Positions 29,754 through 38,864 of a stretch of DNA of 64,000 nt are shown piece by piece; the first letter of the stretch is position 1; every line of letters starts with the position of its first letter. The stretch spans positions 6,779-70,778 of the forward strand of contig JAAEOA010000202.1 of assembly GCA_024223715.1 (NCBI GenBank), in the 5' to 3' direction. The stretch is from a bacterium. GTDB lineage: Bacteria; Krumholzibacteriota; Krumholzibacteriia; LZORAL124-64-63. The notes under the pieces were generated by a model, which searched no databases, had not been told where the DNA came from, and was given only the letters and a program-made list of their open reading frames with translations. The translations under genes and the position numbers were made by a program.

Positions 29754-32700
29754 TGCGAACCAATAATTTCGCCCGCCCAAACAAAACGATCTTCATTGTG
29801 GCTGCCTTAATGGCAGTCACAGTGGGATCGGTTTTTTGTGAAGAACTCGATATCCCTGCTGACCAGCAAAAAGCAGCAAAAATTCTGAGTGCCCGTATTT
29901 CTGATGGTGTAAGTCAGCTTCAGATATCAGCTACCGGACGCAATGCAGAAAACAGCCAGGATGAGCAAGACCGCAGTATTCTGGTAGCTTTGCCCCAGGG
30001 CACAACCAGCTATCAGGTTAATGTTGAAGGTTCATCTTCCATTCAGGCTACAGCTCCTGGTGGCATGATGATCATGCGGGGCCAACCGGTCATCCGAGTA
30101 AAAACCAGCGGTTCTTCTGAAACCCCGGTCAACGTTTCGATCACTCACAATGGTTCGTGGGTACAGAACCGGAACCAGCGACTGGCTTCCACGGCCATGC
30201 AGTCGGCTTTGGGCCAAACTCTGCCTGCGGCTTATTCCAATGCTGTGAATACCGGCGGTTCTTATCTTGTAGTCTACGCCCCAACTTTTTCCAATGCGGT
30301 TGCCCCGTTGGTGGAATGGAAAACCCTTAAGGGTTTTAATGTAAGAACGGTATCGACCAGTGTTACGGGGGCATCTACTGAAGGCATTAAGGAATATATC
30401 CAAAATGCTTACGATACGTGGGACTCTCCCCCGGAGTACGTCCTTTTGGTTGCCGATGTTGACCAAATCCCCACTTACAACTTCTACAGCAACCCGTCGG
30501 ACCAGCCGTATGTGCAACTCGATGGAGATGACTGGATCATGGATGCCATGATCGGTCGATTGCCCGTGGAAAACGAAAACGAAGCTCAGACTTTAATCAA
30601 CAAGATCATCAATTACGAACGCCACCCGGAAATGGCTGGCGATACCTGGCAAACCCGCTCCCTGATGGTTGCCGGTGTTTACGCTTCAGACACTCCGGGA
30701 TATACCGTCGATTTTTGCGGCGAGCAGCTGGAGAATATTGGTTTCCAGAATCCCATCGGCGTATCATCTCCTCCGCTTCCTTCTTTGCAGGGTGCCATGG
30801 TGGTTCGCAATACAATCAATACCGGCGTAGGTTTTGTGGTTTATCGCGGCTGGGCTTACGGAACCGCAGGATGGGATCCACCAACCTTCACCGTGAACGA
30901 TATTCCCGCCCTCGATACTAACAACATGACGCCAATTGTCATGAGTTTCGTTTGCCTGAATGGTGACTACACTTCCAGCAGTGCCTGCTTTGGTGAGGTT
31001 TTCGTACGTCAGGGGTCTCCCGACGAACCAGGTAAAGGCGCCGTGGCATTTATTGGCAACGGTGAACACTGGTCGCACACTCGTTATAATGATGCAATGG
31101 CCATCAGTATTTTTGAACGCATTGAAGATGAAAACATCACTGACCTGGGTACTTTGCTGAACTCCGGAAAAATGCGCTTCATGGATTATTTCCCCAACGA
31201 AATTAACGTAGGCGACGGTACGGGCGATGATGAAGAGTGTGTGGAATTTTATTTCCACATTTACAACCTGCTGGGTGACCCGGCCATGAAATTCTGGCGT
31301 CAACTTCCTGAAGAAATCCAGGTCACTCACGCCACCAGTTTGGCCGCTGGATCCAATAGCTTGAACGTTAATGTTGTCAGCGATGATGAAGCTGCTGCTA
31401 TTGAAGGAGCCCGCGTAGGCATCGTTCAAAACGGCGTATTACTGGGGTCCGGAATCACCGATGGCAATGGCGATGTGGATATTCTTTTGACCCCAGTGCA
31501 AGAGGGTTCTGATGTCAGCATTACCGTTTCAGAAGCAGGTGTGGTTCCTTACGAAGGAAGCATTACAACTGGAACGGCTTCAATTTTCCTGGCCACAACT
31601 GAAGTGGCTGTTGACGATGCTGTCGGCAATGCTGACGGTTTTGTCAATCCCGGAGAAACTTTGGCCCTGACTGCCACGGTACAGAATTATGGCAGCAGTG
31701 CCAGTGGTGCCTTCACTCTTTCCATTTCTGAAATTACCGGCCCGGCAGTTGCCGCCAACGATGAAGCCCACTTCCCCGGTGTTGCTGGTGGATCCTCAGA
31801 AGTGGCACCCTCGGCCCTTGGTTTAGTAGTGGATACAAACGCTGCCGATGGCTCTGTTATTTCCCTGAAAATGGACGCTCTTAGAACTGGTGAACAACAC
31901 GATTATTCCACAGCCACTTTTTTGGTAAAAGCACCGGCTTGGGAAGTTGTGAGTTTTGCCGATGTCAATGGTGATGCGCCTCAGGCAGGGCAGACCACCA
32001 ATTTGGCCCTGACTGTGCGAAACACCGGAAGTGTTGATGCCCTTGGCGGTAATGTCACGTTGAATCTATTGACTGACGGTGCCTCCCTCGGAACAACTAC
32101 GGCGGTTTTACCGGCTTGTGCTGTGGGCGCAACGGTAACAACCGAAGCCGTCCTGGATCTCTCTGTTGAAGCGACGACCGGCACTAATACCAATATGACT
32201 TTTGACCTTCAGGTCAGCACCACAACAGGTTATGAAACAGAAACCACGTGTGCTGCCGTTGTTGGACCAGTCAATGTTTCGGCTCCGGTTGGACCCGACA
32301 ACTACGGTTATTTCGCCTACGACAGTGCCGACTTTGATTACCCGGACAGTCGCCCCACTTACACTTGGCAGGAAATTTCTTCGGAAATGGGTGGATCCGG
32401 AACCAAGCTCGACTTCCCCATTGAAAATGAAGTGGTTTGGATGGTTGTTGACCTTCCCTTCACGTTCCAATATTACGGTCAGGATTACACCCAAATCAGG
32501 GTCAGTGATAATGGCTGGGTAAGCTTCGATACGGGTTCAGACTATGATTTCTACAACTGGTCCATTCCCTCTCAATACGGTGTGGAAGCCCTGGTTGCTC
32601 CTTTCTGGGACAACTTGAATCCAGTCCCTCCAGCTCCGGAGGAACAGAATGTTAATGGTATCGACCCGGACGGAATCTACACCTTCGACGACACCGACAA

Positions 32701-33565
32701 CGGCGCCTTCGTGGTGGAATGGAGCCGCTTGCCTCACTACAAACCGGAAATTCTGGGATTCCAGACTTTCCAGTTGGTCCTTTTGGACCCTGCTCAGCAT
32801 TCCACCGCCTCAGGTGATGGTGAAATGCTGTTCTACTACCGTCAGGTAAACAACAATGACCATTTGCGAATGTTTGCCACCGTGGGTATTGAATCCCCCG
32901 ATGGTACCGATGGATTGCAATTGAGTTACGGTAACATCAATGCCAACGGAATGGCTCCGTTGCAACCTGGACTGGCTGTTCGTGTGACTACGGAGTCACC
33001 TGTTCGAGTGCCTTTTGCAGTGCAGTCCATGAATGCAGTCAACAACGATGGACAGGTTTCAATTACCTGGCAAACCGCAGATGATCGTCCGGTTCTCGGA
33101 TGGCATTTGCATCGTATTTCCGATGGACAGCGCCAACAGTTGACCGATTCGCCCCTGCCCGGCGAAACCCGTCACTTCAACACCTTGATTCAGGATGATT
33201 CCGACGCCACTTACCAGTTGACTGCCCTTCACCCCTATGGAGTGACCAGTCAACCAGGCCAGACGGAAGTAACCAGCAGTAGCTCCCTGAAACTGGCCTT
33301 GTATCCGGCTCACCCCAACCCGGCTGTGGGATCGACCAGCATTGGCTTTTCCTTGCCGCAAAACACCCAGGCTCGCCTGAGAGTTTATGATGTGGCAGGT
33401 CGATTGGTGCGTACCTTGGTCGATGGCCAGGTAGGTTCTGGAGAAGGTATTAAAATCTGGGATGGTCGCGATGACCTGGGTGCCCAGGCTGCCGGTGGAA
33501 TTTATTTTTACCGCCTCGAAGCCGGCACCAAAACCCTGACCCGGAAAATGATTCTGGTTCGATAA
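29750..33565 (+). CDS. Secreted gingipain-like peptidase C25 family protein (1271 aa) with FlgD-Ig/T9SS-type C-terminal domain
   Basis: SYLVVYAPTFSNAVAPLVEWKTLKGFNVRTV, LLVADVDQIPTY...MIGRLPV, Cys motif MSFVCLNGDY. C-terminus AHPNPAVGSTSIGFSLP...LRVYDVAGRLVRTL...GIYFYRLE...TRKMILVR. ATGA overlap with the beta-helix gene. Confidence 0.8.
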   Translation: MMRTNNFARPNKTIFIVAALMAVTVGSVFCEELDIPADQQKAAKILSARISDGVSQLQISATGRNAENSQDEQDRSILVALPQGTTSYQVNVEGSSSIQATAPGGMMIMRGQPVIRVKTSGSSETPVNVSITHNGSWVQNRNQRLASTAMQSALGQTLPAAYSNAVNTGGSYLVVYAPTFSNAVAPLVEWKTLKGFNVRTVSTSVTGASTEGIKEYIQNAYDTWDSPPEYVLLVADVDQIPTYNFYSNPSDQPYVQLDGDDWIMDAMIGRLPVENENEAQTLINKIINYERHPEMAGDTWQTRSLMVAGVYASDTPGYTVDFCGEQLENIGFQNPIGVSSPPLPSLQGAMVVRNTINTGVGFVVYRGWAYGTAGWDPPTFTVNDIPALDTNNMTPIVMSFVCLNGDYTSSSACFGEVFVRQGSPDEPGKGAVAFIGNGEHWSHTRYNDAMAISIFERIEDENITDLGTLLNSGKMRFMDYFPNEINVGDGTGDDEECVEFYFHIYNLLGDPAMKFWRQLPEEIQVTHATSLAAGSNSLNVNVVSDDEAAAIEGARVGIVQNGVLLGSGITDGNGDVDILLTPVQEGSDVSITVSEAGVVPYEGSITTGTASIFLATTEVAVDDAVGNADGFVNPGETLALTATVQNYGSSASGAFTLSISEITGPAVAANDEAHFPGVAGGSSEVAPSALGLVVDTNAADGSVISLKMDALRTGEQHDYSTATFLVKAPAWEVVSFADVNGDAPQAGQTTNLALTVRNTGSVDALGGNVTLNLLTDGASLGTTTAVLPACAVGATVTTEAVLDLSVEATTGTNTNMTFDLQVSTTTGYETETTCAAVVGPVNVSAPVGPDNYGYFAYDSADFDYPDSRPTYTWQEISSEMGGSGTKLDFPIENEVVWMVVDLPFTFQYYGQDYTQIRVSDNGWVSFDTGSDYDFYNWSIPSQYGVEALVAPFWDNLNPVPPAPEEQNVNGIDPDGIYTFDDTDNGAFVVEWSRLPHYKPEILGFQTFQLVLLDPAQHSTASGDGEMLFYYRQVNNNDHLRMFATVGIESPDGTDGLQLSYGNINANGMAPLQPGLAVRVTTESPVRVPFAVQSMNAVNNDGQVSITWQTADDRPVLGWHLHRISDGQRQQLTDSPLPGETRHFNTLIQDDSDATYQLTALHPYGVTSQPGQTEVTSSSSLKLALYPAHPNPAVGSTSIGFSLPQNTQARLRVYDVAGRLVRTLVDGQVGSGEGIKIWDGRDDLGAQAAGGIYFYRLEAGTKTLTRKMILVR

Positions 33566-33579
33566 TTCACTGAGATGGA

Positions 33580-33606
33580 CCACCGGCAAATTAACCTTGC
33601 CGGTGG
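33580..33606 (+). terminator. Hairpin (terminator or attenuator-like) between the C25 gene and pgsB
   Basis: Perfect 10-bp stem ccaccggcaa / ttgccggtgg with a 7-nt loop. There is no clear U-tract. It overlaps the ORF-track TTG start of pgsB. Confidence 0.5.
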
Positions 33607-33651
33607 TTGGTCCTCACTCAGGTCTTAAGTGATCTATGGAAATGGTCTGAC

Positions 33652-34833
33652 GTGCAACTGGTGTTGCTCCTGCTGGTGATAATAACCGCCCTCGGTATGT
33701 GGGAAATGTTTCGGCATGCCTATCATCGCAGGAAAATCCCCATTCGAATTCATGTAAATGGCAGCCGCGGAAAATCATCCGTGGCCCGGCTTATTGCCGC
33801 TGGGTTGAAAGCCGGAGGCATTGCAGTGGTTGGCAAAACCACCGGCAGTGCAGCTGCAGTTATTAATACTGACGGCAGTGAAACTCCAGTGGTTCGCCGG
33901 GGCGCTCCTAACATTAAAGAACAGTTGGGAGTTTTTCGCCGGGCCGCCAGACAAAACCCGAAAGCTTTGGTTATTGAATGCATGGCCGTTCGTCCGGACC
34001 TGCAATCAGTTTGTGAGCACTCCATTGTTAAAGCCACCCACGGAGTTATCACAAATGTCAGGCCCGATCACCTGGAAGTTATGGGCCCCACCATGGATGA
34101 TGTGGCCGCCAGTTTAGCCGGCACCGTGCCCTCAGGAAGCCATTTGTTCACCGCTGAAGACCGGTACGACGGATTCCTTGCCAAACGAGCCAAAAGGTCT
34201 CGCAGCAAGTTCACGCTCAGCACGGCAGAAACAGTGTCTGAAAAGGAAATGGAAAATTTTTCTTACGAAGAGTTTCCTGAAAATGTGAGTTTGGCTTTGG
34301 ATGTTTGCCAATCTGTTGGCATTACCAGAGATGTTGCCCTGCATGGTATGTGGTCCGTCACGCCAGATGTTGGTGCCATGACCCGCTGGGTTTTTGACGA
34401 AAAAACGGACAACTCAGAAACTCAACGCATTGAATTTATTAATGGCTTTGCGGCCAACGATCCGGACAGCTATGTACGGGTTTGGAAACGTTTGGGTTTG
34501 AATGAAAATCCTGAAAATGTAATTCTGCTGATGAACATTCGTTCAGACCGCCAACGCCGCAGCAAAGATATGGCGCCGCTTTTTGGTAAGGAATTGTCCG
34601 CTGCGCATTATGTGCTTATTGGTGAAGAAACCGCCCTTTTTGCAGATATGATCCGTCGCGGTGGAGTTTCCGCCGATACCATTTACAACTACAGTCATCT
34701 TGAAGCAACCGAACTTTGGGACCGCCTTGTTGGATTGGGTAACGATGGTTGCCAGGTTGTTGGCGTGGGTAACATTGCGGGCATTGGCAACCGCCTTCTC
34801 GACCATTTGCGTCAGAAGGAGAAGGTTCAATGA
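33652..34833 (+). CDS. pgsB: Poly-gamma-glutamate synthase subunit PgsB/CapB (Mur-ligase family amide ligase)
   Basis: N-terminal TM helix followed by RKIPIRIHVNGSRGKSSVARL, which parallels Bacillus CapB ...LPVRVNINGIRGKSTVTRL. Followed by pgsC. The start is uncertain: GTG at 33652 is preferred, because the TTG at 33607 lies inside the hairpin. Confidence 0.8.
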   Translation: MQLVLLLLVIITALGMWEMFRHAYHRRKIPIRIHVNGSRGKSSVARLIAAGLKAGGIAVVGKTTGSAAAVINTDGSETPVVRRGAPNIKEQLGVFRRAARQNPKALVIECMAVRPDLQSVCEHSIVKATHGVITNVRPDHLEVMGPTMDDVAASLAGTVPSGSHLFTAEDRYDGFLAKRAKRSRSKFTLSTAETVSEKEMENFSYEEFPENVSLALDVCQSVGITRDVALHGMWSVTPDVGAMTRWVFDEKTDNSETQRIEFINGFAANDPDSYVRVWKRLGLNENPENVILLMNIRSDRQRRSKDMAPLFGKELSAAHYVLIGEETALFADMIRRGGVSADTIYNYSHLEATELWDRLVGLGNDGCQVVGVGNIAGIGNRLLDHLRQKEKVQ

Positions 34834-35303
34834 TTTACCAAAGCATAGGCCTGGGTCTGGTTGTCGCCCTTGTTTTTTCCGAAATTCTGGGATTGGCTGC
34901 CGGTGGTCTGGTTGTACCCGGTTACATTGCCTTGTATCTGGATCAGCCTTTGCGCATTCTGGGGACTATTCTGGCCTCGTTGGTTACTTATGGTTTCATT
35001 CGAATTCTGGGGCGCTTTATTTTGCTCTACGGTCGACGCACCATGGTTTTTAGTGTTCTTTCCGGCTTCCTCTTTGGTTACCTGACACGGTATATTCTCG
35101 TCTTCAACGATGTTCTTAATTTGGGCGTGGACACAAGCGTGATCCAGTCCATTGGCTACATTATTCCCGGGCTTATTGCCTACTGGATGATGCGCCAGGG
35201 CATTGTCGAAACCCTCTGCACCATGATCATGGCCTCGTTTATTGTACGACTGGCCCTGGTCACTGCCTACGGAGGTAAGCTCATTGAGCTGGCGATTGGA
35301 TAA
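34830..35303 (+). CDS. pgsC: Poly-gamma-glutamate synthase membrane subunit PgsC/CapC
   Basis: 157 aa, polytopic. MIYQSIGLGLVVALVFSEILGLAAGGLVVPGYIALYLDQP. ATGA overlap with pgsB. Confidence 0.8.
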   Translation: MIYQSIGLGLVVALVFSEILGLAAGGLVVPGYIALYLDQPLRILGTILASLVTYGFIRILGRFILLYGRRTMVFSVLSGFLFGYLTRYILVFNDVLNLGVDTSVIQSIGYIIPGLIAYWMMRQGIVETLCTMIMASFIVRLALVTAYGGKLIELAIG

Positions 35304-37299
35304 CCGGCGCAGATTCATTCTTATGTGCCTTGCAGTGGTAGCTTTGCTGATGCAAATGGTGCTGGACATGACTCGTACGCCTACTCAACAACGGGATTTC
35401 GATCTCAAACTGGATGCAGCCCAAAGAGCTGAAAAAGCTTTTGCCGCCGTGCGTCAATCCCGAGGGCTGGAAAATGCCAGCCTTGACCTGGTCAATGACC
35501 CCGCCGGCACCGGTTTGATTGGACCTGAAATTAGTCCCATCACCAACGCAACCGGGAATCTGGATGCCAAATTGACCAGCTTGAATCCCAATTTTGCAGC
35601 GGTTATCGTTCAGTATTTTCGTCAAGCGGGATTAAAACCAGGTGATCCCATAGCCGTGGCTGTCAGTGGTTCTTTTCCGGGAATGAATATCGCTGTTTTT
35701 GCTGCTGCTGAGGCAATGGATTTACGACCAGTTGTTATCACTTCCGTGGGTGCTTCAAACTGGGGTGCCAACAGTCCTGACTTTACCTGGTTGGACATGG
35801 AAACCCTCTTTTTTGATAAGGGTATTTTCCACACCCGCAGCCTCGCGGCCACTTTTGGTGGTGGCGACGATATGGGCCGTGGACTCAGCCCCCACGGCAG
35901 ACAGTTGGTCCAAGCAAGCATCGAACGCAATGATGTTCCATTCCTGGAATCGGATAACATCGAAAAAGCCATTGAAGGCCGCATGACTTTTTACGAAAAA
36001 GCGTCCCGGGGACGGCCTTATCGATTGTATGTGAATGTTGGTGGTGGTGTGGCCAGTTTGGGCAGCAGCCATAACAAGAGTCTGCTTCCGGCGGGAATCA
36101 ATTTTGACCTTGGTGCTCATAACTGGCCCCGTAAAGGTTCTCTCATCCTGTTTTCTGAAAAAGGTGTACCGGTGGTTCATTTGTTGCGCATCACCTCTCT
36201 GGCCCGGGAATATGGCCTTCCGGTTGCCCCGGATTTCCAACCTCAGCCCGGTGAAGGTGAAGTTTTTGTCAGAGACATGTACCGCTGGCCCCTGGCTGCT
36301 GGTTTCCTGGTCATTTATTGCCTGGCCTGTGTTCTCATACTGGCGCCTGAAATCAGAAGAGGATTGTTCGACAAATTAGGACGCCGGCCCGTGGCTTCTG
36401 TTATTTCTTTTATTGTTTTCGGTTTGATTTCCACCAGCCACTATTCAGCCCTTGCGGAAGTAAGCTGGCGTGGAATCGAGCCTCAATCCGCCTTGGGCGA
36501 TGTTTGTCTCGACAACGGGAATCAGCAATTCAATTACTTGTTATTGGATCCGGCAAAAGGAATGGAATACAAAGTCAACGGGCCAAGACGGGTCAAATTG
36601 ATTACCCGGTATATTAGTGGACCCGGTGATCCGGAACGCCAACGTTATAATGTTTCCCTACAGCTGGACGGCGAGGAAATACTAAAAAAAAGCTTCCGCA
36701 GCAAACCCATGGCCGGGGTCACTGTGTGTAACCAAGGTGCCGGAGTTTCAACTTTGCGCCGGGCCTACGTCGATATTCCCAAAGGCGCCCATATCTTATC
36801 CATTACCGCTCAGAGCCAAGGCAGCGGCGATGTTGTGGGAAGGGTTTTTAAAGCCAGCAAAAGGAAATCTACCGGTACGGTTCCGTTTTCACCCGAAGGT
36901 TATCTGGAATTGGCCACCCTGCAATTTGAAAGCGGCTCTCAAAGCACATATTATCGTTTTGAAGCCGGATCACCTCTGACCTTTTCGGTAACCGGGCCGA
37001 CCAAACTACAGGTACGCACCCGTCTTGATTTTGAAACCGGAATGCTCGGCAGCCAGAAATATGCTGTTGAAGTTTATTGCGATGGTGAACTGTATCGGGC
37101 TTTTCACTACGATGTGACCCGACTGGCCAATGCCTTTTATCCGACTCAGCTGGACCTTCTGCCTGGAGTTCGAAAGAAGCTCAGCATAAAGGTGCCGGCA
37201 GGAAAACATAGTTACGAAGTGCGATGCGTTCGTCCCGATAATTGTGGTATCGCCGCTCAAATACGCATTCCAAGGAAGGACTTGCAAGGAACCCAATGA
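35296..37299 (+). CDS. Fusion membrane protein. The N-terminal ~350 aa resemble the 'poly-gamma-glutamate system protein' that accompanies PgsBC in genomes lacking CapA. This is followed by two TM helices and a ~280-aa C-terminal domain of unknown function (two beta-sandwich-like repeats).
   Basis: The TTG at 35296 overlaps the pgsC end by 8 nt and gives MDNRRRFILMCLAVVALLMQMVL as an anchor; an alternative ATG is at 35323. TM helices WPLAAGFLVIYCLACVLILAP and VASVISFIVFGLISTSHY. The family call is from memory and was not computed. Confidence 0.55.
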   Translation: MDNRRRFILMCLAVVALLMQMVLDMTRTPTQQRDFDLKLDAAQRAEKAFAAVRQSRGLENASLDLVNDPAGTGLIGPEISPITNATGNLDAKLTSLNPNFAAVIVQYFRQAGLKPGDPIAVAVSGSFPGMNIAVFAAAEAMDLRPVVITSVGASNWGANSPDFTWLDMETLFFDKGIFHTRSLAATFGGGDDMGRGLSPHGRQLVQASIERNDVPFLESDNIEKAIEGRMTFYEKASRGRPYRLYVNVGGGVASLGSSHNKSLLPAGINFDLGAHNWPRKGSLILFSEKGVPVVHLLRITSLAREYGLPVAPDFQPQPGEGEVFVRDMYRWPLAAGFLVIYCLACVLILAPEIRRGLFDKLGRRPVASVISFIVFGLISTSHYSALAEVSWRGIEPQSALGDVCLDNGNQQFNYLLLDPAKGMEYKVNGPRRVKLITRYISGPGDPERQRYNVSLQLDGEEILKKSFRSKPMAGVTVCNQGAGVSTLRRAYVDIPKGAHILSITAQSQGSGDVVGRVFKASKRKSTGTVPFSPEGYLELATLQFESGSQSTYYRFEAGSPLTFSVTGPTKLQVRTRLDFETGMLGSQKYAVEVYCDGELYRAFHYDVTRLANAFYPTQLDLLPGVRKKLSIKVPAGKHSYEVRCVRPDNCGIAAQIRIPRKDLQGTQ

Positions 37300-38855
37300 A
37301 GATAACAATCGCCCCAAATCTCAACATCAGATCAACTCTTGCTGTGTTGATTTTCCTCTTTATTCCCACCTTGGGCTTTTCGGCGGCATTGACCGCCCTG
37401 CGGCCCTTGGGTCAGGTGGAAGAAGTAGCCATTGGCAAGAAGGAAAAAGTTTATCTGGTTGTTGGTGACAGTACAGTCAAGGTGCCCATTATTGGGCCCG
37501 GGCAAATTACTGGTTATGCCAGAGTTGCCATGCCTACGGAAGGGAGTGCTGCCATTGGCGGTACTCTGACCTTGGGTGGTCTTCCAGGCGCCCCTCAGAA
37601 GCTCCCTTTCCAGTTTAAGGCATCCCGGAGATCCTCCTGGTCAGACAGCAGACCTGGTGCACCGAGCGGAGGTCGAAAATTCATACTCGAAGTTCCCGAA
37701 GGTGAATTCAACCTTTCTTTAAATGGCTCAGCCACCAGCGGTGACCCTATTCTCGTTATTCTCTACTACGATGGCCCAGCCCAACCTGATTTGCCCGGTT
37801 TGGCTAAATCTGCACCTGTGGCAAAAACGCCAAAAAAGAAAAAGAAGAATTCCGTATCATGGCTGAGCAACGCCAGTCTTGATGTTATTTATAACAGCAA
37901 TATTCTGGGCAACAGTCCAGACTACGTCGACGAGTTTGAAAGTGGGTTTAATGCCTACAAGTTCAAACACGATACTACTGACGATATGGTTATTGCTCCG
38001 TCGTTTAATATTGAAGCCAGAGTCAAGTGGTTCTCCTTTGGACAAAGCCGCTTTAAATTTAGAGTCAAACACTGGATGTATGCCGTAAACCCAATCAAAA
38101 CCAATACTGATTTTGATTTTTACATTCGGCAACTCCTGGGTAAGAAAAGTAGTCTTGAGCTTTATTTGCACACTGCTCCGGCCCAGTACATTCGGGAGTT
38201 ATCAGACCGATCACCCTTTGATGATCCTGACTCTGATTTGGTTTACCACGAGTTTCGTTTCCAGCGCAACATCTGGAATTTGACCTGGCGGCAAAAACTG
38301 AATAATAAGTTGAGCTTCAAGTTGTTGTACGAAGAGAATTATCGTTATTACAATGAATGGTTCGTTGAGAACGATATTGAAGCTTGGGAAATCCGGGGGA
38401 ACATTACCTGGAAACTCAACCGTTCCATGACCTGGAACTTCGATTACAGCTATGAAGATGCCACAGCCCGGGCTATTGATACGGTCGGAGAATTGCCTGG
38501 CAATTCCGATGATTCAGATGGCTCGTATGCACGTGACCTCTACCGTATTGGTGTTGACCTCAAGCACAGTTCTTTCAAGAAATACGTGGACCGGATTGGC
38601 CTGAGCTTCCTGTTCATGGATTATTACTTTACCACCGACAAAACTCTGGCTGAAGATCCTTTCCATGCAGGAAGGCGCGATGTTTTCTACAAAGGAACCA
38701 TCGAAGTCAGGAAAAAAATTGCAAAACCTCTCACGTTAAAATTGGCCGTGCGGCGCACCGAGCGCGTTGTCTATTCCCCCTGGGAAGGCGACATCACCAC
38801 GGACAAAGACTTTTCCCAATGGCTGTTCTGGTTCAGTCTGAATTACCGCTTTTAA
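37296..38855 (+). CDS. Outer-membrane beta-barrel protein with an N-terminal periplasmic beta-sandwich-like domain and a lysine-rich linker
   Basis: ATGA overlap with the previous gene. Signal peptide MKITIAPNLNIRSTLAVLIFLFIPTLGFSA. Linker TPKKKKKNS. Alternating amphipathic strands across ~320 aa. C-terminal OMP signature FWFSLNYRF. Confidence 0.65.
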   Translation: MKITIAPNLNIRSTLAVLIFLFIPTLGFSAALTALRPLGQVEEVAIGKKEKVYLVVGDSTVKVPIIGPGQITGYARVAMPTEGSAAIGGTLTLGGLPGAPQKLPFQFKASRRSSWSDSRPGAPSGGRKFILEVPEGEFNLSLNGSATSGDPILVILYYDGPAQPDLPGLAKSAPVAKTPKKKKKNSVSWLSNASLDVIYNSNILGNSPDYVDEFESGFNAYKFKHDTTDDMVIAPSFNIEARVKWFSFGQSRFKFRVKHWMYAVNPIKTNTDFDFYIRQLLGKKSSLELYLHTAPAQYIRELSDRSPFDDPDSDLVYHEFRFQRNIWNLTWRQKLNNKLSFKLLYEENYRYYNEWFVENDIEAWEIRGNITWKLNRSMTWNFDYSYEDATARAIDTVGELPGNSDDSDGSYARDLYRIGVDLKHSSFKKYVDRIGLSFLFMDYYFTTDKTLAEDPFHAGRRDVFYKGTIEVRKKIAKPLTLKLAVRRTERVVYSPWEGDITTDKDFSQWLFWFSLNYRF

Positions 38856-38864
38856 GGAGTAACC

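Noticed and set aside
34827-35369. 180-aa ORF on the - strand.
   Set aside because: It is antisense to pgsC, whose product is a clear CapC-like polytopic protein coupled to pgsB.
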